NCBI GenBank assembly: GCA_964016885.1
Contig: OZ024744.1
Location: forward strand, 19,406,001 to 19,470,000
Direction: 5' to 3'
Origin: Eledone cirrhosa
Taxonomy: Eukaryota
Length of the DNA: 64,000 bases
Shown: positions 49,901-64,000 of the stretch, one piece after another
Position numbering within the stretch: position 1 is the stretch's first letter
Layout of the letters: each line of letters starts with the position of its first letter
Notes under the pieces: generated by a model
Database searches by the model: none
Seen by the model: the letters and a program-made list of their open reading frames with translations, nothing else
What the model was told of the DNA's origin: nothing
Program-made: the position numbers and the translations under genes

Positions 49901-52900
49901 CACCGTATTTTAGACTAAAGAAATTTATAGCTTGATAGTGGGGATTATAACACTTGGAGAAAAGGAAAAAGATGAGTGTTGCCATATATAGGATTCGAAC
50001 CCACATCTTTGGTTATCCAGTCGACTGTCCTACCATTAGACCAATACACATCCCATCTCCTTCCATTCCAATTAGAAGCTATGAACTTAGCAAGTGAATG
50101 ATAAACAAGCAAATTATAAACGTAAACATGTAAGTATGTGTTTGAAACGGTGCGCTCGTTTGAAATTAGAAATTAGAAATTATAAGCTTTCACCGTATTT
50201 TAGACTAAAGAAATTTATAGCTTGATAGTGGGGATTATAACCCTCGGAGAAATGGAAAAAGATGAGTGTTGCCATACATGGGAGTCGAACCCACATCTTT
50301 GGTTATCCAAACCACTGTTCTACCATTAGACCAATACACATCCCATCTCCTTCCATTCGAATTAGAAGCTATGAACTTAGCAAGTGAATGATAACCAAGC
50401 AAATTATAAACGTAAACATGTAAGTATGTTTTTGAAACGGTGCTCGAGTTTGAAATTATAAATTATAAATTATAAGCTTTCACCGTATTTTAGAATAAAG
50501 AAATTTATAGCTTGATAGTTGGGTTTATAACCCTCGGAGAAATGGAAAAAGATGAGTGTTGCCATACATGGGAGTCCAACCCACATATTTGGTTAACCAG
50601 ACCACTGTGCTACCATTACACTAATACACATCCCATCTTCTTCCATTCGAATTAGAAGCTATGACTTTCGCAAGTGAATGATAAACAAGCAAATTATAAA
50701 CGCAAACTTGTAAGTATGTTTTTGAAACGGTGCGCTCGTTTAAAATTAGAAATTAGAAATTATAAGCTTTTACCGTATTTTAGACTAAAGAAATTTATAG
50801 CTTGATAGTGGGGATTATAACCCTAGGAGAAATGAAAAAAGATGAGTGTTGCCATACCTGGGAGTCGAACCCACATCTTTGGTTATCCAGACCAATGTGC
50901 TACCATTACACGAATACACATCCCATCTCCTTCCATTCGAATTAGAAGCTATGAACTTAGCAAGTGAATGATAAACAAGCAAATTAAAAACGTAAACATG
51001 TAAGTATGTATTTGAAACGGTGCGCTCGTTTGAAATTAGAAATTAGAAATTATAAGCTTTCACCGTATTTTAGACTAAAGAAATTTATAGCTTGATAGTG
51101 GGGATTATAACCCTCTGAGAAATGGAAAAAGATTAGTGTTGCCATACATGGGAGTCGAACCCACATGTTTGGTTATCCAGACCACTGTGCTACCATTACA
51201 CCAAGACACATCCCATCTCCTTCCATTCGAATTAGAAACTATGAACTTAGCAAGTGAATGATAAACAAGAAAATTATAAACGTAAACATGTAAGTATGCT
51301 TTTGAAACGGTGCGTTCGTTTGAAACTAGAAATTAGAAATTATAAGCTTTCACCGTATTTTAGACTAAAGAAATTGATAGCTTGATAGTGGGGATTATAA
51401 CCCTCGGAGAAATGGAAAAAGATGAGTGTTGCCATACATGGGAGTCGAACCCACATATATTGTTATCCAGACCGCTGTGCTACCATTACACCAATACACA
51501 TCCCATCTCCTTCCATTCGAATTAGAAGCTATGAACTGAGCAAGTGAATGATAGACAAGCAAATTATAAACGTAAACATGTAAGTATGTGTTTGAAACGG
51601 TGCGCTCGTTTGAAATTAGAAATAAGAAATTATAAGCTTTCACCGTATTTTAGACTAAAGAAATTGATAGCTTGATAGTGGGGATTATAACCCTCGGAGA
51701 AATGGAAAAAGATGAGTGTTGCCATACATGGGAGTCGAACCCACATATATTGTTATCCAGACCGCTGTGCTACCATTACACCAATACACATCCCATCTCC
51801 TTCCATTCGAATTAGAAGCTATGAACTGAGCAAGTGAATGATAGACAAGCAAATTATAAACGTAAACATGTAAGTATGTTTTTGAAACGGTGCGCGAGTT
51901 TGAAATTAGAAATTAGAAATTATAAGCTTTCACCGTATTTTAGACAAAAGAAATGTATAGCTTGATAGTGGGGTTTATAACCCAAGGAGAAATGGAAAAA
52001 GATGAGTGTTGCCGTACTTGGGAGTCGAACCCACATATTTTGTTATCCAGACCATTGTGCTACCATTACACCAATACACATCCCATCTCCTTCCATTCGA
52101 ATTAGAAGCTATGAACTTAGCAAGTGAATGATAAACGAGAAAATTATATACGTAAACATGTAAGTATGTTTTTGCAACGGTGCGCTCGTTTGAAACTAGA
52201 AATTAGAAATTATAATCTTTCACCGTATTTTAGACTAAAGAAATTTATAGCTTGATAGTGGGGATTATAACCCTTGGAGAAATGGAAAAAGACGAGCGTT
52301 GCCATACATAGGATTCGAACGCACATCTTTGGTTATCCAGTCCCCTGTCCTACCATTAGACCAATACACATCCCATCTCCTTCCATTCCAATTAGAAGCT
52401 ATGAACTTAGCAAGTGAATGATAAACAAGCAAATTATAAACGTAAACATGTAAGTATGTTTTTGAAACGGTGCGCTCGTTTGAAACTAGAAATTAGAAAT
52501 TATAAGCTTTCACCGTATTTTAGACTAAAGACATGTATAGCTTGATAGTGGGGTTTATAACCCTCGGAGAAATGGAAAAAGATGAGTGTTGCCATACATG
52601 GTTGTCGAACCGATATATTTCGTTATCCAGACCACTGTGATACCATTACACCAATACACATCCCATCTCCTTCCATTCGAATTAGAAGCTATGAACTTAG
52701 CAAGTGAATGATAAACGTGAAAATTATATACGTAAACATGTAATTATGTTTTTGAAACGGTTCGCTCGTTTGAAACTAGAAATTAGAAATTATAATCTTT
52801 CACCGTATTTTAGACTAAAGAAATTTATAGCTTGATAGTGGGGATTATAACACTTGGAGAAAAGGAAAAAGATGAGTGTTGCCATACATAGGATTCGAAC

Positions 52901-55900
52901 CCACATCTTTGGTTATCCAGTCGACTGTCCTACCATTAGACCAATACACATCCCATCTCCTTCCATTCCAATTAGAAGCTATGAACTTAGCAAGTGAATG
53001 ATAAACAAGCAAATTATAAACGTAAACATGTAAGTATGTGTTTGAAACGGTGCGCTCGTTTGAAATTAGAAATTAGAAATTATAAGCTTTCACCGTATTT
53101 TAGACTAAAGAAATTTATAGCTTGATAGTGGGGATTATAACCCTCGGAGAAATGGAAAAAGATGAGTGTTGCCATACATGGGAGTCGAACCCACATCTTT
53201 GGTTATCCAAACCACTGTCCTACCATTAGACCAATACACATCCCATCTCCTTCCATTCGAATTAGAAGCTATGAACTTAGCAAGTGAATGATAAACAAGC
53301 AAATTATAAACGTAAACATGTAAGTATGTTTTTGAAACGGTGCTCGAGTTTGAAATTATAAATTATAAATTATAAGCTTTCACCGTATTTTAGAATAAAG
53401 AAATTTATAGCTTGATAGTTGGGTTTATAACCCTCGGAGAAATGGAAAAAGATGAGTGTTGCCATACATGGGAGTCCAACCCACATATTTGGTTAACCAG
53501 ACCACTGTGCTACCATTACACTAATACACATCCCATCTCCTTCCATTCGAATTAGAAGCTATGACTTTCGCAAGTGAATGATAAACAAGCAAATTATAAA
53601 CGCAAAGATGTAAGTATGTTTTTGAAACGGTGCGCTCGTTTAAAATTAGAAATTAGAAATTATAAGCTTTACCGTATTTTAGACTAAAGAAATTTATAGC
53701 TTGATAGTGGGGATTATAACCCTAGGAGAAATGAAAAAAGATGAGTGTTGCCATACCTGGGAGTCGAACCCACATCTTTGGTTATCCAGACCAATGTGCT
53801 ACCATTACACGAATACACATCCCATCTCCTTCCATTCGAATTAGAAGCTATGAACTTAGCAAGTGAATGATAAACAAGCAAATTAAAAACGTAAACATGT
53901 AAGTATGTATTTGAAACGGTGCGCTCGTTTGAAATTAGAAATTAGAAATTATAAGCTTTCACCGTATTTTAGACTAAAGAAATTTATAGCTTGATAGTGG
54001 GGATTATAACCCTCTGAGAAATGGAAAAAGATTAGTGTTGCCATACATGGGAGTCGAACCCACATGTTTGGTTATCCAGACCACTGTGCTACCATTACAC
54101 CAAGACACATCCCATCTCCTTCCATTCGAATTAGAAGCTATGAACTTAGCAAGTGAATGATAAACAAGCAAATTATAAACGTAAACATGTAAGTATGCTT
54201 TTGAAACGGTGCGTTCGTTTGAAACTAGAAATTAGAAATTATAAGCTTTCACCGTATTTTAGACTAAAGAAATTGATAGCTTGATAGTGGGGATTATAAC
54301 CCTCTGAGAAATGGAAAAAGATGAGTGTTGCCATACATGGGAGTCGAACCCACATATATTGTTATCCAGACCGCTGTGCTACCATTACACCAATACACAT
54401 CCCATCTCCTTCCATTCGAATTAGAAGCTATGAACTGAGCAAGTGAATGATAGACAAGCAAATTATAAACGTAAACATGTAAGTATGTTTTTGAAACGGT
54501 GCGCGAGTTTGAAATTAGAAATTAGAAATTATAAGCTTTCACCGTATTTTAGACAAAAGAAATGTATAGCTTGATAGTGGGGTTTATAACCCAAGGAGAA
54601 ATGGAAAAAGATGAGTGTTGCCGTACTTGGGAGTCGAACCCACATATTTTGTTATCCAGACCATTGTGCTACCATTACACCAATACACATCCCATCTCCT
54701 TCCATTCGAATTAGAAGCTATGAACTTAGCAAGTGAATGATAAACAAGCAAATTATAAACGTAAACATGTAAGTATGTTTTTGAAACGGTGCGCGAGTTT
54801 GAAATTAGAAATTAGAAATTATAAGCTTTCACCGGATTTTAGACTAAAGACATGTATAGCTTGATAGTGGGGTTTATAACCCTCGGAGAAATGGAAAAAG
54901 ATGAGTGTTGCCATACATGGGTGTCGAACCGATATATTTCGTTATCCAGACCACTGTGATACCATTACACCAATACACATCCCATCTCCTTCCATTCGAA
55001 TTAGAAGCTATGAACTTAGCAAGTGAATGATAAACGAGAAAATTATATACGTAAACATGTAAGTATGTTTTTGCAACGGTGCGCTCGTTTGAAACTAGAA
55101 ATTAGAAATTATAATCTTTCACCGTATTTTAGACTAAAGAAATTTATAGCTTGATAGTGGGGATTATAACCCTTGGAGAAATGGAAAAAGACGAGCGTTG
55201 CCATACATAGGATTCGAACGCACATCTTTGGTTATCCAGTCCCCTGTCCTACCATTAGACCAATACACATCCCATCTCCTTCCATTCCAATTAGAAGCTA
55301 TGAACTTAGCAAGTGAATGATAAACAAGCAAATTATAAACGTAAACATGTAAGTATGTTTTTGAAACGGTGCGCGAGTTTGAAATTAGAAATTAGAAATT
55401 ATAAGCTTTCACCGTATTTTAGACTAAAGACATGTATAGCTTGATAGTGGGGTTTATAACCCTCGGAGAAATGGAAAAAGATGAGTGTTGCCATACATGG
55501 TTGTCGAACCGATATATTTCGTTATCCAGACCACTGTGATACCATTACACCAATACACATCCCATCTCCTTCCATTCGAATTAGAAGCTATGAACTTAGC
55601 AAGTGAATGATAAACGTGAAAATTATATACGTAAACATGTAATTATGTTTTTGAAACGGTTCGCTCGTTTGAAACTAGAAATTAGAAATTATAATCTTTC
55701 ACCGTATTTTAGACTAAAGAAATTTATAGCTTGATAGTGGGGATTATAACACATTGGAGAAATGGAAAAAGATGAGTGTTGCCATACATAGGATTCGAAC
55801 CCACATCTTCGGTTATCCAGTCGACTGTCCTACCATTAGACCAATACACATCCCATCTCCTTCCATTCCAATTAGAAGCTATGAACTTAGCAAGTGAATG

Positions 55901-58900
55901 ATAAACAAGCAAATTATAAACGTAAACATGTAAGTATGTGTTTGAAACGGTGCGCTCGTTTGAAATTAGAAATTAGAAATTATAAGCTTTCACCGTATTT
56001 TAGACTAAAGAAATTTATAGCTTGATAGTGGGGATTATAACCCTCGGAGAAATGGAAAAAGATGAGTGTTGCCATACATGGGAGTCGAATCCACATCTTT
56101 GGTTATCCAAACCACTGTCCTACCATTAGACCAATACACATCCCATCTCCTTCCATTCGAATTAGAAGCTATGAACTTAGCAAGTGAATGATAAACAAGC
56201 AAATTATAAACGTAAACATGTAAGTATGTTTTTGAAACGGTGCGCTCGTTTGAAATTAGAAATTAGAAATTATAAGCTTTCACCGTATTTTAGAATAAAG
56301 AAATTTATAGCTTGATAGTTGGGTTTATAACCCTCGGAGAAATGGAAAAAGATGAGTGTTGCCATACATGGGAGTCCAACCCACATATTTGGTTATCCAG
56401 ACCACTGTGCTACCATTACACTAATACACATCCCATCTCCTTCCATTCGAATTAGAAGCTATGAGTTTCGCAAGTGAATGATAAACAAGCAAATTATAAA
56501 CGCAAACATGTAAGTATGTTTTTGAAACGGTGCGCTCGTTTAAAATTAGAAATTAGAAATTATTATCTTTCACCGTATTTTAGACTAAAGAAATTTATAG
56601 CTTGATAATGGGGATTATAACCCTAGGAGAAATGGAAAAAGATGAGTGTTGCCATACCTGGGAGTCGAACCCACATCTTTGGTTATCCAGACCAATGTGC
56701 TACCATTACAAGAATACACATCCCATCTCCTTCCATTCGAATTAGAAGCGATGAACTTAGCAAGTGAATGATAAACAAGCAAATTAAAAACGTAAACATC
56801 TAAGTATGTATTTGAAACGGTGCGCTCATTTGAAATTAGAAATTAGGAATTATAAGCTTTCACCGTATTTTAGACTAAAGAAATTTATAGCTTGATAGTG
56901 GGGATTATAACCCTCGTAGAAATAGAAAAAGATGAGTGTTGCCATTCATGGGAGTCGAACCCACATGTTTGGTTATCCAGACCACTGTGCTACCATTACA
57001 CCAATACACATCCCATCTCCTTCCATTCGAATTAGAAGCTATGAACTTAGCAAGTGAATGATAAACAAGCAAATTATAAACGTAAACATGTAAGTATGTA
57101 TTTGAAACGGTGCGCTCGTTTGAAACTAGAAATTAGAAATTATAAGCTTTCGCCGTATTTTAGACTAAAGAAATTTATAGCTTGATAGTGGGGATTATAA
57201 CCCTAGGAGAAATGGAAAAAGATGAGTGTTGCCATACCTGGGAGTCGAACCCACATATATTGTTATCCAGACCGCTGTGCTACCATTACACCAATACACA
57301 TCCCATCTCCTTCCATTCGAATTAGAAGCTATGAACTGAGCAAGTGAATGATAGACAAGCAAATTATAAACGTAAACATGTAAGTATGTGTTTGAAACGG
57401 TGCGCTCGTTTGAAATTAGAAATAAGAAATTATAAGCTTTCACCGTATTTTAGACTAAAGAAATTGATAGCTTGATAGTGGGGATTATAACCCTCGGAGA
57501 AATGGAAAAAGATGAGTGTTGCCATACATGGGAGTCGAACCCACATATATTGTTATCCAGACCGCTGTGCTACCATTACACCAATACACATCCCATCTCC
57601 TTCCATTCGAATTAGAAGCTATGAACTGAGCAAGTGAATGATAGACAAGCAAATTATAAACGTAAACATGTAAGTATGTTTTTGAAACGGTGCGCGAGTT
57701 TGAAATTAGAAATTAGAAATTATAAGCTTTCACCGTATTTTAGACAAAAGAAATGTATAGCTTGATAGTGGGGTTTATAACCCAAGGAGAAATGGAAAAA
57801 GATGAGTGTTGCCGTACTTGGGAGTCGAACCCACATATTTTGTTATCCAGACCATTGTGCTACCATTACACCAATACACATCCCATCTCCTTCCATTCGA
57901 ATTAGAAGCTATGAACTTAGCAAGTGAATGATAAACGAGAAAATTATATACGTAAACATGTAAGTATGTTTTTGCAACGGTGCGCTCGTTTGAAACTAGA
58001 AATTAGAAATTATAATCTTTCACCGTATTTTAGACTAAAGAAATTTATAGCTTGATAGTGGGGATTATAACCCTTGGAGAAATGGAAAAAGACGAGCGTT
58101 GCCATACATAGGATTCGAACGCACATCTTTGGTTATCCAGTCCCCTGTCCTACCATTAGACCAATACACATCCCATCTCCTTCCATTCCAATTAGAAGCT
58201 ATGAACTTAGCAAGTGAATGATAAACAAGCAAATTATAAACGTAAACATGTAAGTATGTTTTTGAAACGGTGCGCTCGTTTGAAACTAGAAATTAGAAAT
58301 TATAAGCTTTCACCGTATTTTAGACTAAAGACATGTATAGCTTGATAGTGGGGTTTATAACCCTCGGAGAAATGGAAAAAGATGAGTGTTGCCATACATG
58401 GTTGTCGAACCGATATATTTCGTTATCCAGACCACTGTGATACCATTACACCAATACACATCCCATCTCCTTCCATTCGAATTAGAAGCTATGAACTTAG
58501 CAAGTGAATGATAAACGTGAAAATTATATACGTAAACATGTAATTATGTTTTTGAAACGGTTCGCTCGTTTGAAACTAGAAATTAGAAATTATAATCTTT
58601 CACCGTATTTTAGACTAAAGAAATTTATAGCTTGATAGTGGGGATTATAACACTTGGAGAAAAGGAAAAAGATGAGTGTTGCCATACATAGGATTCGAAC
58701 CCACATCTTTGGTTATCCAGTCGACTGTCCTACCATTAGACCAATACACATCCCATCTCCTTCCATTCCAATTAGAAGCTATGAACTTAGCAAGTGAATG
58801 ATAAACAAGCAAATTATAAACGTAAACATGTAAGTATGTGTTTGAAACGGTGCGCTCGTTTGAAATTAGAAATTAGAAATTATAAGCTTTCACCGTATTT

Positions 58901-61900
58901 TAGACTAAAGAAATTTATAGCTTGATAGTGGGGATTATAACCCTCGGAGAAATGGAAAAAGATGAGTGTTGCCATACATGGGAGTCGAACCCACATCTTT
59001 GGTTATCCAAACCACTGTCCTACCATTAGACCAATACACATCCCATCTCCTTCCATTCGAATTAGAAGCTATGAACTTAGCAAGTGAATGATAAACAAGC
59101 AAATTATAAACGTAAACATGTAAGTATGTTTTTGAAACGGTGCTCGAGTTTGAAATTATAAATTATAAATTATAAGCTTTCACCGTATTTTAGAATAAAG
59201 AAATTTATAGCTTGATAGTTGGGTTTATAACCCTCGGAGAAATGGAAAAAGATGAGTGTTGCCATACATGGGAGTCCAACCCACATATTTGGTTAACCAG
59301 ACCACTGTGCTACCATTACACTAATACACATCCCATCTCCTTCCATTCGAATTAGAAGCTATGACTTTCGCAAGTGAATGATAAACAAGCAAATTATAAA
59401 CGCAAAGATGTAAGTATGTTTTTGAAACGGTGCGCTCGTTTAAAATTAGAAATTAGAAATTATAAGCTTTACCGTATTTTAGACTAAAGAAATTTATAGC
59501 TTGATAGTGGGGATTATAACCCTAGGAGAAATGAAAAAAGATGAGTGTTGCCATACCTGGGAGTCGAACCCACATCTTTGGTTATCCAGACCAATGTGCT
59601 ACCATTACACGAATACACATCCCATCTCCTTCCATTCGAATTAGAAGCTATGAACTTAGCAAGTGAATGATAAACAAGCAAATTAAAAACGTAAACATGT
59701 AAGTATGTATTTGAAACGGTGCGCTCGTTTGAAATTAGAAATTAGAAATTATAAGCTTTCACCGTATTTTAGACTAAAGAAATTTATAGCTTGATAGTGG
59801 GGATTATAACCCTCTGAGAAATGGAAAAAGATTAGTGTTGCCATACATGGGAGTCGAACCCACATGTTTGGTTATCCAGACCACTGTGCTACCATTACAC
59901 CAAGACACATCCCATCTCCTTCCATTCGAATTAGAAGCTATGAACTTAGCAAGTGAATGATAAACAAGCAAATTATAAACGTAAACATGTAAGTATGCTT
60001 TTGAAACGGTGCGTTCGTTTGAAACTAGAAATTAGAAATTATAAGCTTTCACCGTATTTTAGACTAAAGAAATTGATAGCTTGATAGTGGGGATTATAAC
60101 CCTCGGAGAAATGGAAAAAGATGAGTGTTGCCATACATGGGAGTCGAACCCACATATATTGTTATCCAGACCGCTGTGCTACCATTACACCAATACACAT
60201 CCCATCTCCTTCCATTCGAATTAGAAGCTATGAACTGAGCAAGTGAATGATAGACAAGCAAATTATAAACGTAAACATGTAAGTATGTTTTTGAAACGGT
60301 GCGCGAGTTTGAAATTAGAAATTAGAAATTATAAGCTTTCACCGTATTTTAGACAAAAGAAATGTATAGCTTGATAGTGGGGTTTATAACCCAAGGAGAA
60401 ATGGAAAAAGATGAGTGTTGCCGTACTTGGGAGTCGAACCCACATATTTTGTTATCCAGACCATTGTGCTACCATTACACCAATACACATCCCATCTCCT
60501 TCCATTCGAATTAGAAGCTATGAACTTAGCAAGTGAATGATAAACAAGCAAATTATAAACGTAAACATGTAAGTATGTTTTTGAAACGGTGCGCGAGTTT
60601 GAAATTAGAAATTAGAAATTATAAGCTTTCACCGGATTTTAGACTAAAGACATGTATAGCTTGATAGTGGGGTTTATAACCCTCGGAGAAATGGAAAAAG
60701 ATGAGTGTTGCCATACATGGGTGTCGAACCGATATATTTCGTTATCCAGACCACTGTGATACCATTACACCAATACACATCCCATCTCCTTCCATTCGAA
60801 TTAGAAGCTATGAACTTAGCAAGTGAATGATAAACGAGAAAATTATATACGTAAACATGTAAGTATGTTTTTGCAACGGTGCGCTCGTTTGAAACTAGAA
60901 ATTAGAAATTATAATCTTTCACCGTATTTTAGACTAAAGAAATTTATAGCTTGATAGTGGGGATTATAACCCTTGGAGAAATGGAAAAAGACGAGCGTTG
61001 CCATACATAGGATTCGAACGCACATCTTTGGTTATCCAGTCCCCTGTCCTACCATTAGACCAATACACATCCCATCTCCTTCCATTCCAATTAGAAGCTA
61101 TGAACTTAGCAAGTGAATGATAAACAAGCAAATTATAAACGTAAACATGTAAGTATGTTTTTGAAACGGTGCGCGAGTTTGAAATTAGAAATTAGAAATT
61201 ATAAGCTTTCACCGTATTTTAGACTAAAGACATGTATAGCTTGATAGTGGGGTTTATAACCCTCGGAGAAATGGAAAAAGATGAGTGTTGCCATACATGG
61301 TTGTCGAACCGATATATTTCGTTATCCAGACCACTGTGATACCATTACACCAATACACATCCCATCTCCTTCCATTCGAATTAGAAGCTATGAACTTAGC
61401 AAGTGAATGATAAACGTGAAAATTATATACGTAAACATGTAATTATGTTTTTGAAACGGTTCGCTCGTTTGAAACTAGAAATTAGAAATTATAATCTTTC
61501 ACCGTATTTTAGACTAAAGAAATTTATAGCTTGATAGTGGGGATTATAACACATTGGAGAAATGGAAAAAGATGAGTGTTGCCATACATAGGATTCGAAC
61601 CCACATCTTCGGTTATCCAGTCGACTGTCCTACCATTAGACCAATACACATCCCATCTCCTTCCATTCCAATTAGAAGCTATGAACTTAGCAAGTGAATG
61701 ATAAACAAGCAAATTATAAACGTAAACATGTAAGTATGTGTTTGAAACGGTGCGCTCGTTTGAAATTAGAAATTAGAAATTATAAGCTTTCACCGTATTT
61801 TAGACTAAAGAAATTTATAGCTTGATAGTGGGGATTATAACCCTCGGAGAAATGGAAAAAGATGAGTGTTGCCATACATGGGAGTCGAATCCACATCTTT

Positions 61901-64000
61901 GGTTATCCAAACCACTGTCCTACCATTAGACCAATACACATCCCATCTCCTTCCATTCGAATTAGAAGCTATGAACTTAGCAAGTGAATGATAAACAAGC
62001 AAATTATAAACGTAAACATGTAAGTATGTTTTTGAAACGGTGCGCTCGTTTGAAATTAGAAATTAGAAATTATAAGCTTTCACCGTATTTTAGAATAAAG
62101 AAATTTATAGCTTGATAGTTGGGTTTATAACCCTCGGAGAAATGGAAAAAGATGAGTGTTGCCATACATGGGAGTCCAACCCACATATTTGGTTATCCAG
62201 ACCACTGTGCTACCATTACACTAATACACATCCCATCTCCTTCCATTCGAATTAGAAGCTATGAGTTTCGCAAGTGAATGATAAACAAGCAAATTATAAA
62301 CGCAAACATGTAAGTATGTTTTTGAAACGGTGCGCTCGTTTAAAATTAGAAATTAGAAATTATTATCTTTCACCGTATTTTAGACTAAAGAAATTTATAG
62401 CTTGATAGTGGGGATTATAACCCTAGGAGAAATGGAAAAAGATGAGTGTTGCCATACCTGGGAGTCGAACCCACATCTTTGGTTATCCAGACCAATGTGC
62501 TACCATTACAAGAATACACATCCCATCTCCTTCCATTCGAATTAGAAGCGATGAACTTAGCAAGTGAATGATAAACAAGCAAATTAAAAACGTAAACATC
62601 TAAGTATGTATTTGAAACGGTGCGCTCATTTGAAATTAGAAATTAGGAATTATAAGCTTTCACCGTATTTTAGACTAAAGAAATTTATAGCTTGATAGTG
62701 GGGATTATAACCCTCGTAGAAATGGAAAAAGATGAGTGTTGCCATTCATGGGAGTCGAACCCACATGTTTGGTTATCCAGACCACTGTGCTACCATTACA
62801 CCAATACACATCCCATCTCCTTCCATTCGAATTAGAAGCTATGAACTTAGCAAGTGAATGATAAACAAGCAAATTATAAACGTAAACATGTAAGTATGTA
62901 TTTGAAACGGTGCGCTCGTTTGAAACTAGAAATTAGAAATTATAAGCTTTCGCCGTATTTTAGACTAAAGAAATTTATAGCTTGATAGTGGGGATTATAA
63001 CCCTAGGAGAAATGGAAAAAGATGAGTGTTGCCATACCTGGGAGTCGAACCCACATCTTTGGTTATCCAGACCAATGTGCTACCATTACACGAATACACA
63101 TCCCATCTCCTTCCATTCGAATTAGAAGCTATGAACTTAGCAAGTGAATGATAAACAAGCAAATTATAAACGTAAACATGTAAGTATGCTTTTGAAACGG
63201 TGCGTTCGTTTGAAACTAGAAATTAGAAATTATAAGCTTTCACCGTATTTTAGACTAAAGAAATTGATAGCTTGATAGTGGGCATTATAACCCTCGGAGA
63301 AATGGAAAAAGATGAGTGTTGCCATACATGGGAGTCGAACCCACATATATTGTTATCCAGACCGCTGTGCTACCATTACACCAATACACATCCCATCTCC
63401 TTCCATTCGAATTAGAAGCTATGAACTGAGCAAGTGAATGATAGACAAGCAAATTATAAACGTAAACATGTAAGTATGTTTTTGAAACGGTGCGCGAGTT
63501 TGAAATTAGAAATTAGAAATTATAAGCTTTCACCGTATTTTAGACTAAAGAAATGTATAGCTTGATAGTGGGGTTTATAACCCAAGGAGAAATGGAAAAA
63601 GATGAGTGTTGCCGTACCTGGGAGTCGAACCCACATATTTGGTTATCCAGACCACTGTGCTACCATTACACCCATACACATCCCATCTCCTTCCATTCGA
63701 ATTAGACGCTATGAACTTAGCAAGTGAATGATAAACAAGCAAATTATAAACGTAAACATGTAAGTATGTTTTTGAAACGGGGCGCTCGTTTGAAATTAGA
63801 AATTAGAAATTATAAGCTTTCACCGTATTTTAGACTAAAGAAATTTATAGCTTGATAGTGGGGATTATAATCCTCGGAGAAATGGAAAAAGATGAGTGTT
63901 GCCATACATGGGTGTCGAACCGAAATATTTCGTTATCCAGACCACTCTGCTACCATTACACCAATACACATCCCATCTCCTTCCATTCGAATTAGAAGCT

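Larger units (their letters stand above)
34624..64000. repeat. 290-bp tRNA-containing tandem satellite, about 101 units, with higher-order repeats; runs off the window end
   Basis: Continuous 288-291 bp period. Most units carry one HindIII site (aagctt). Diagnostic variants recur at about 1158-1159, 1448, 3762 and 5800 bp spacing. Confidence 0.98.

Noticed and set aside
35159-61712. Repeated 61-82 aa ORFs in the satellite as a tandem peptide gene family
   Set aside because: They are open in only a minority of units, rely on non-ATG starts and have variable ends. The conserved feature is the tRNA-like fold.
34624-64000. CRISPR-like array
   Set aside because: The whole 290-bp unit is repeated with no unique spacers, there are no cas genes, and the context is eukaryotic.

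Overview
Gene-free, repeat-saturated animal DNA. It is probably cephalopod (Octopus-like), inferred from the Nin-domain tRNA-SINEs and the dense (TA)n/(CA)n/(GA)n tracts. No host protein-coding gene is recognisable. Positions 1-34.6 kb are a nest of transposable elements: a degenerate hAT-like DNA transposon interrupted by two SINEs with target-site duplications (TSDs); two Tx1/L1-type LINEs inserted head-to-tail into one (GATA)n microsatellite (one full-length with an intact APE-RT-zinc finger ORF2, one 5'-truncated); RTE-type LINE relics; at least three Penelope-like elements, mostly in inverted arrangements; about a dozen hammerhead-ribozyme motifs, one fully canonical at 28581-28671; several long palindromes; and Helitron pieces. 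From about 34,624 to the window end there is a 29 kb tandem array of about 101 copies of a 290-bp unit with higher-order periods of 4/5, 13 and 20 units. Each unit carries, on the minus strand, a 71-nt tRNA-like cloverleaf with A box, B box and a T5 Pol III terminator, and an atypical GGA anticodon loop. The array starts exactly where a Helitron RepHel reading frame breaks off. All calls come from reading the sequence by eye; no searches or folding programs were run.
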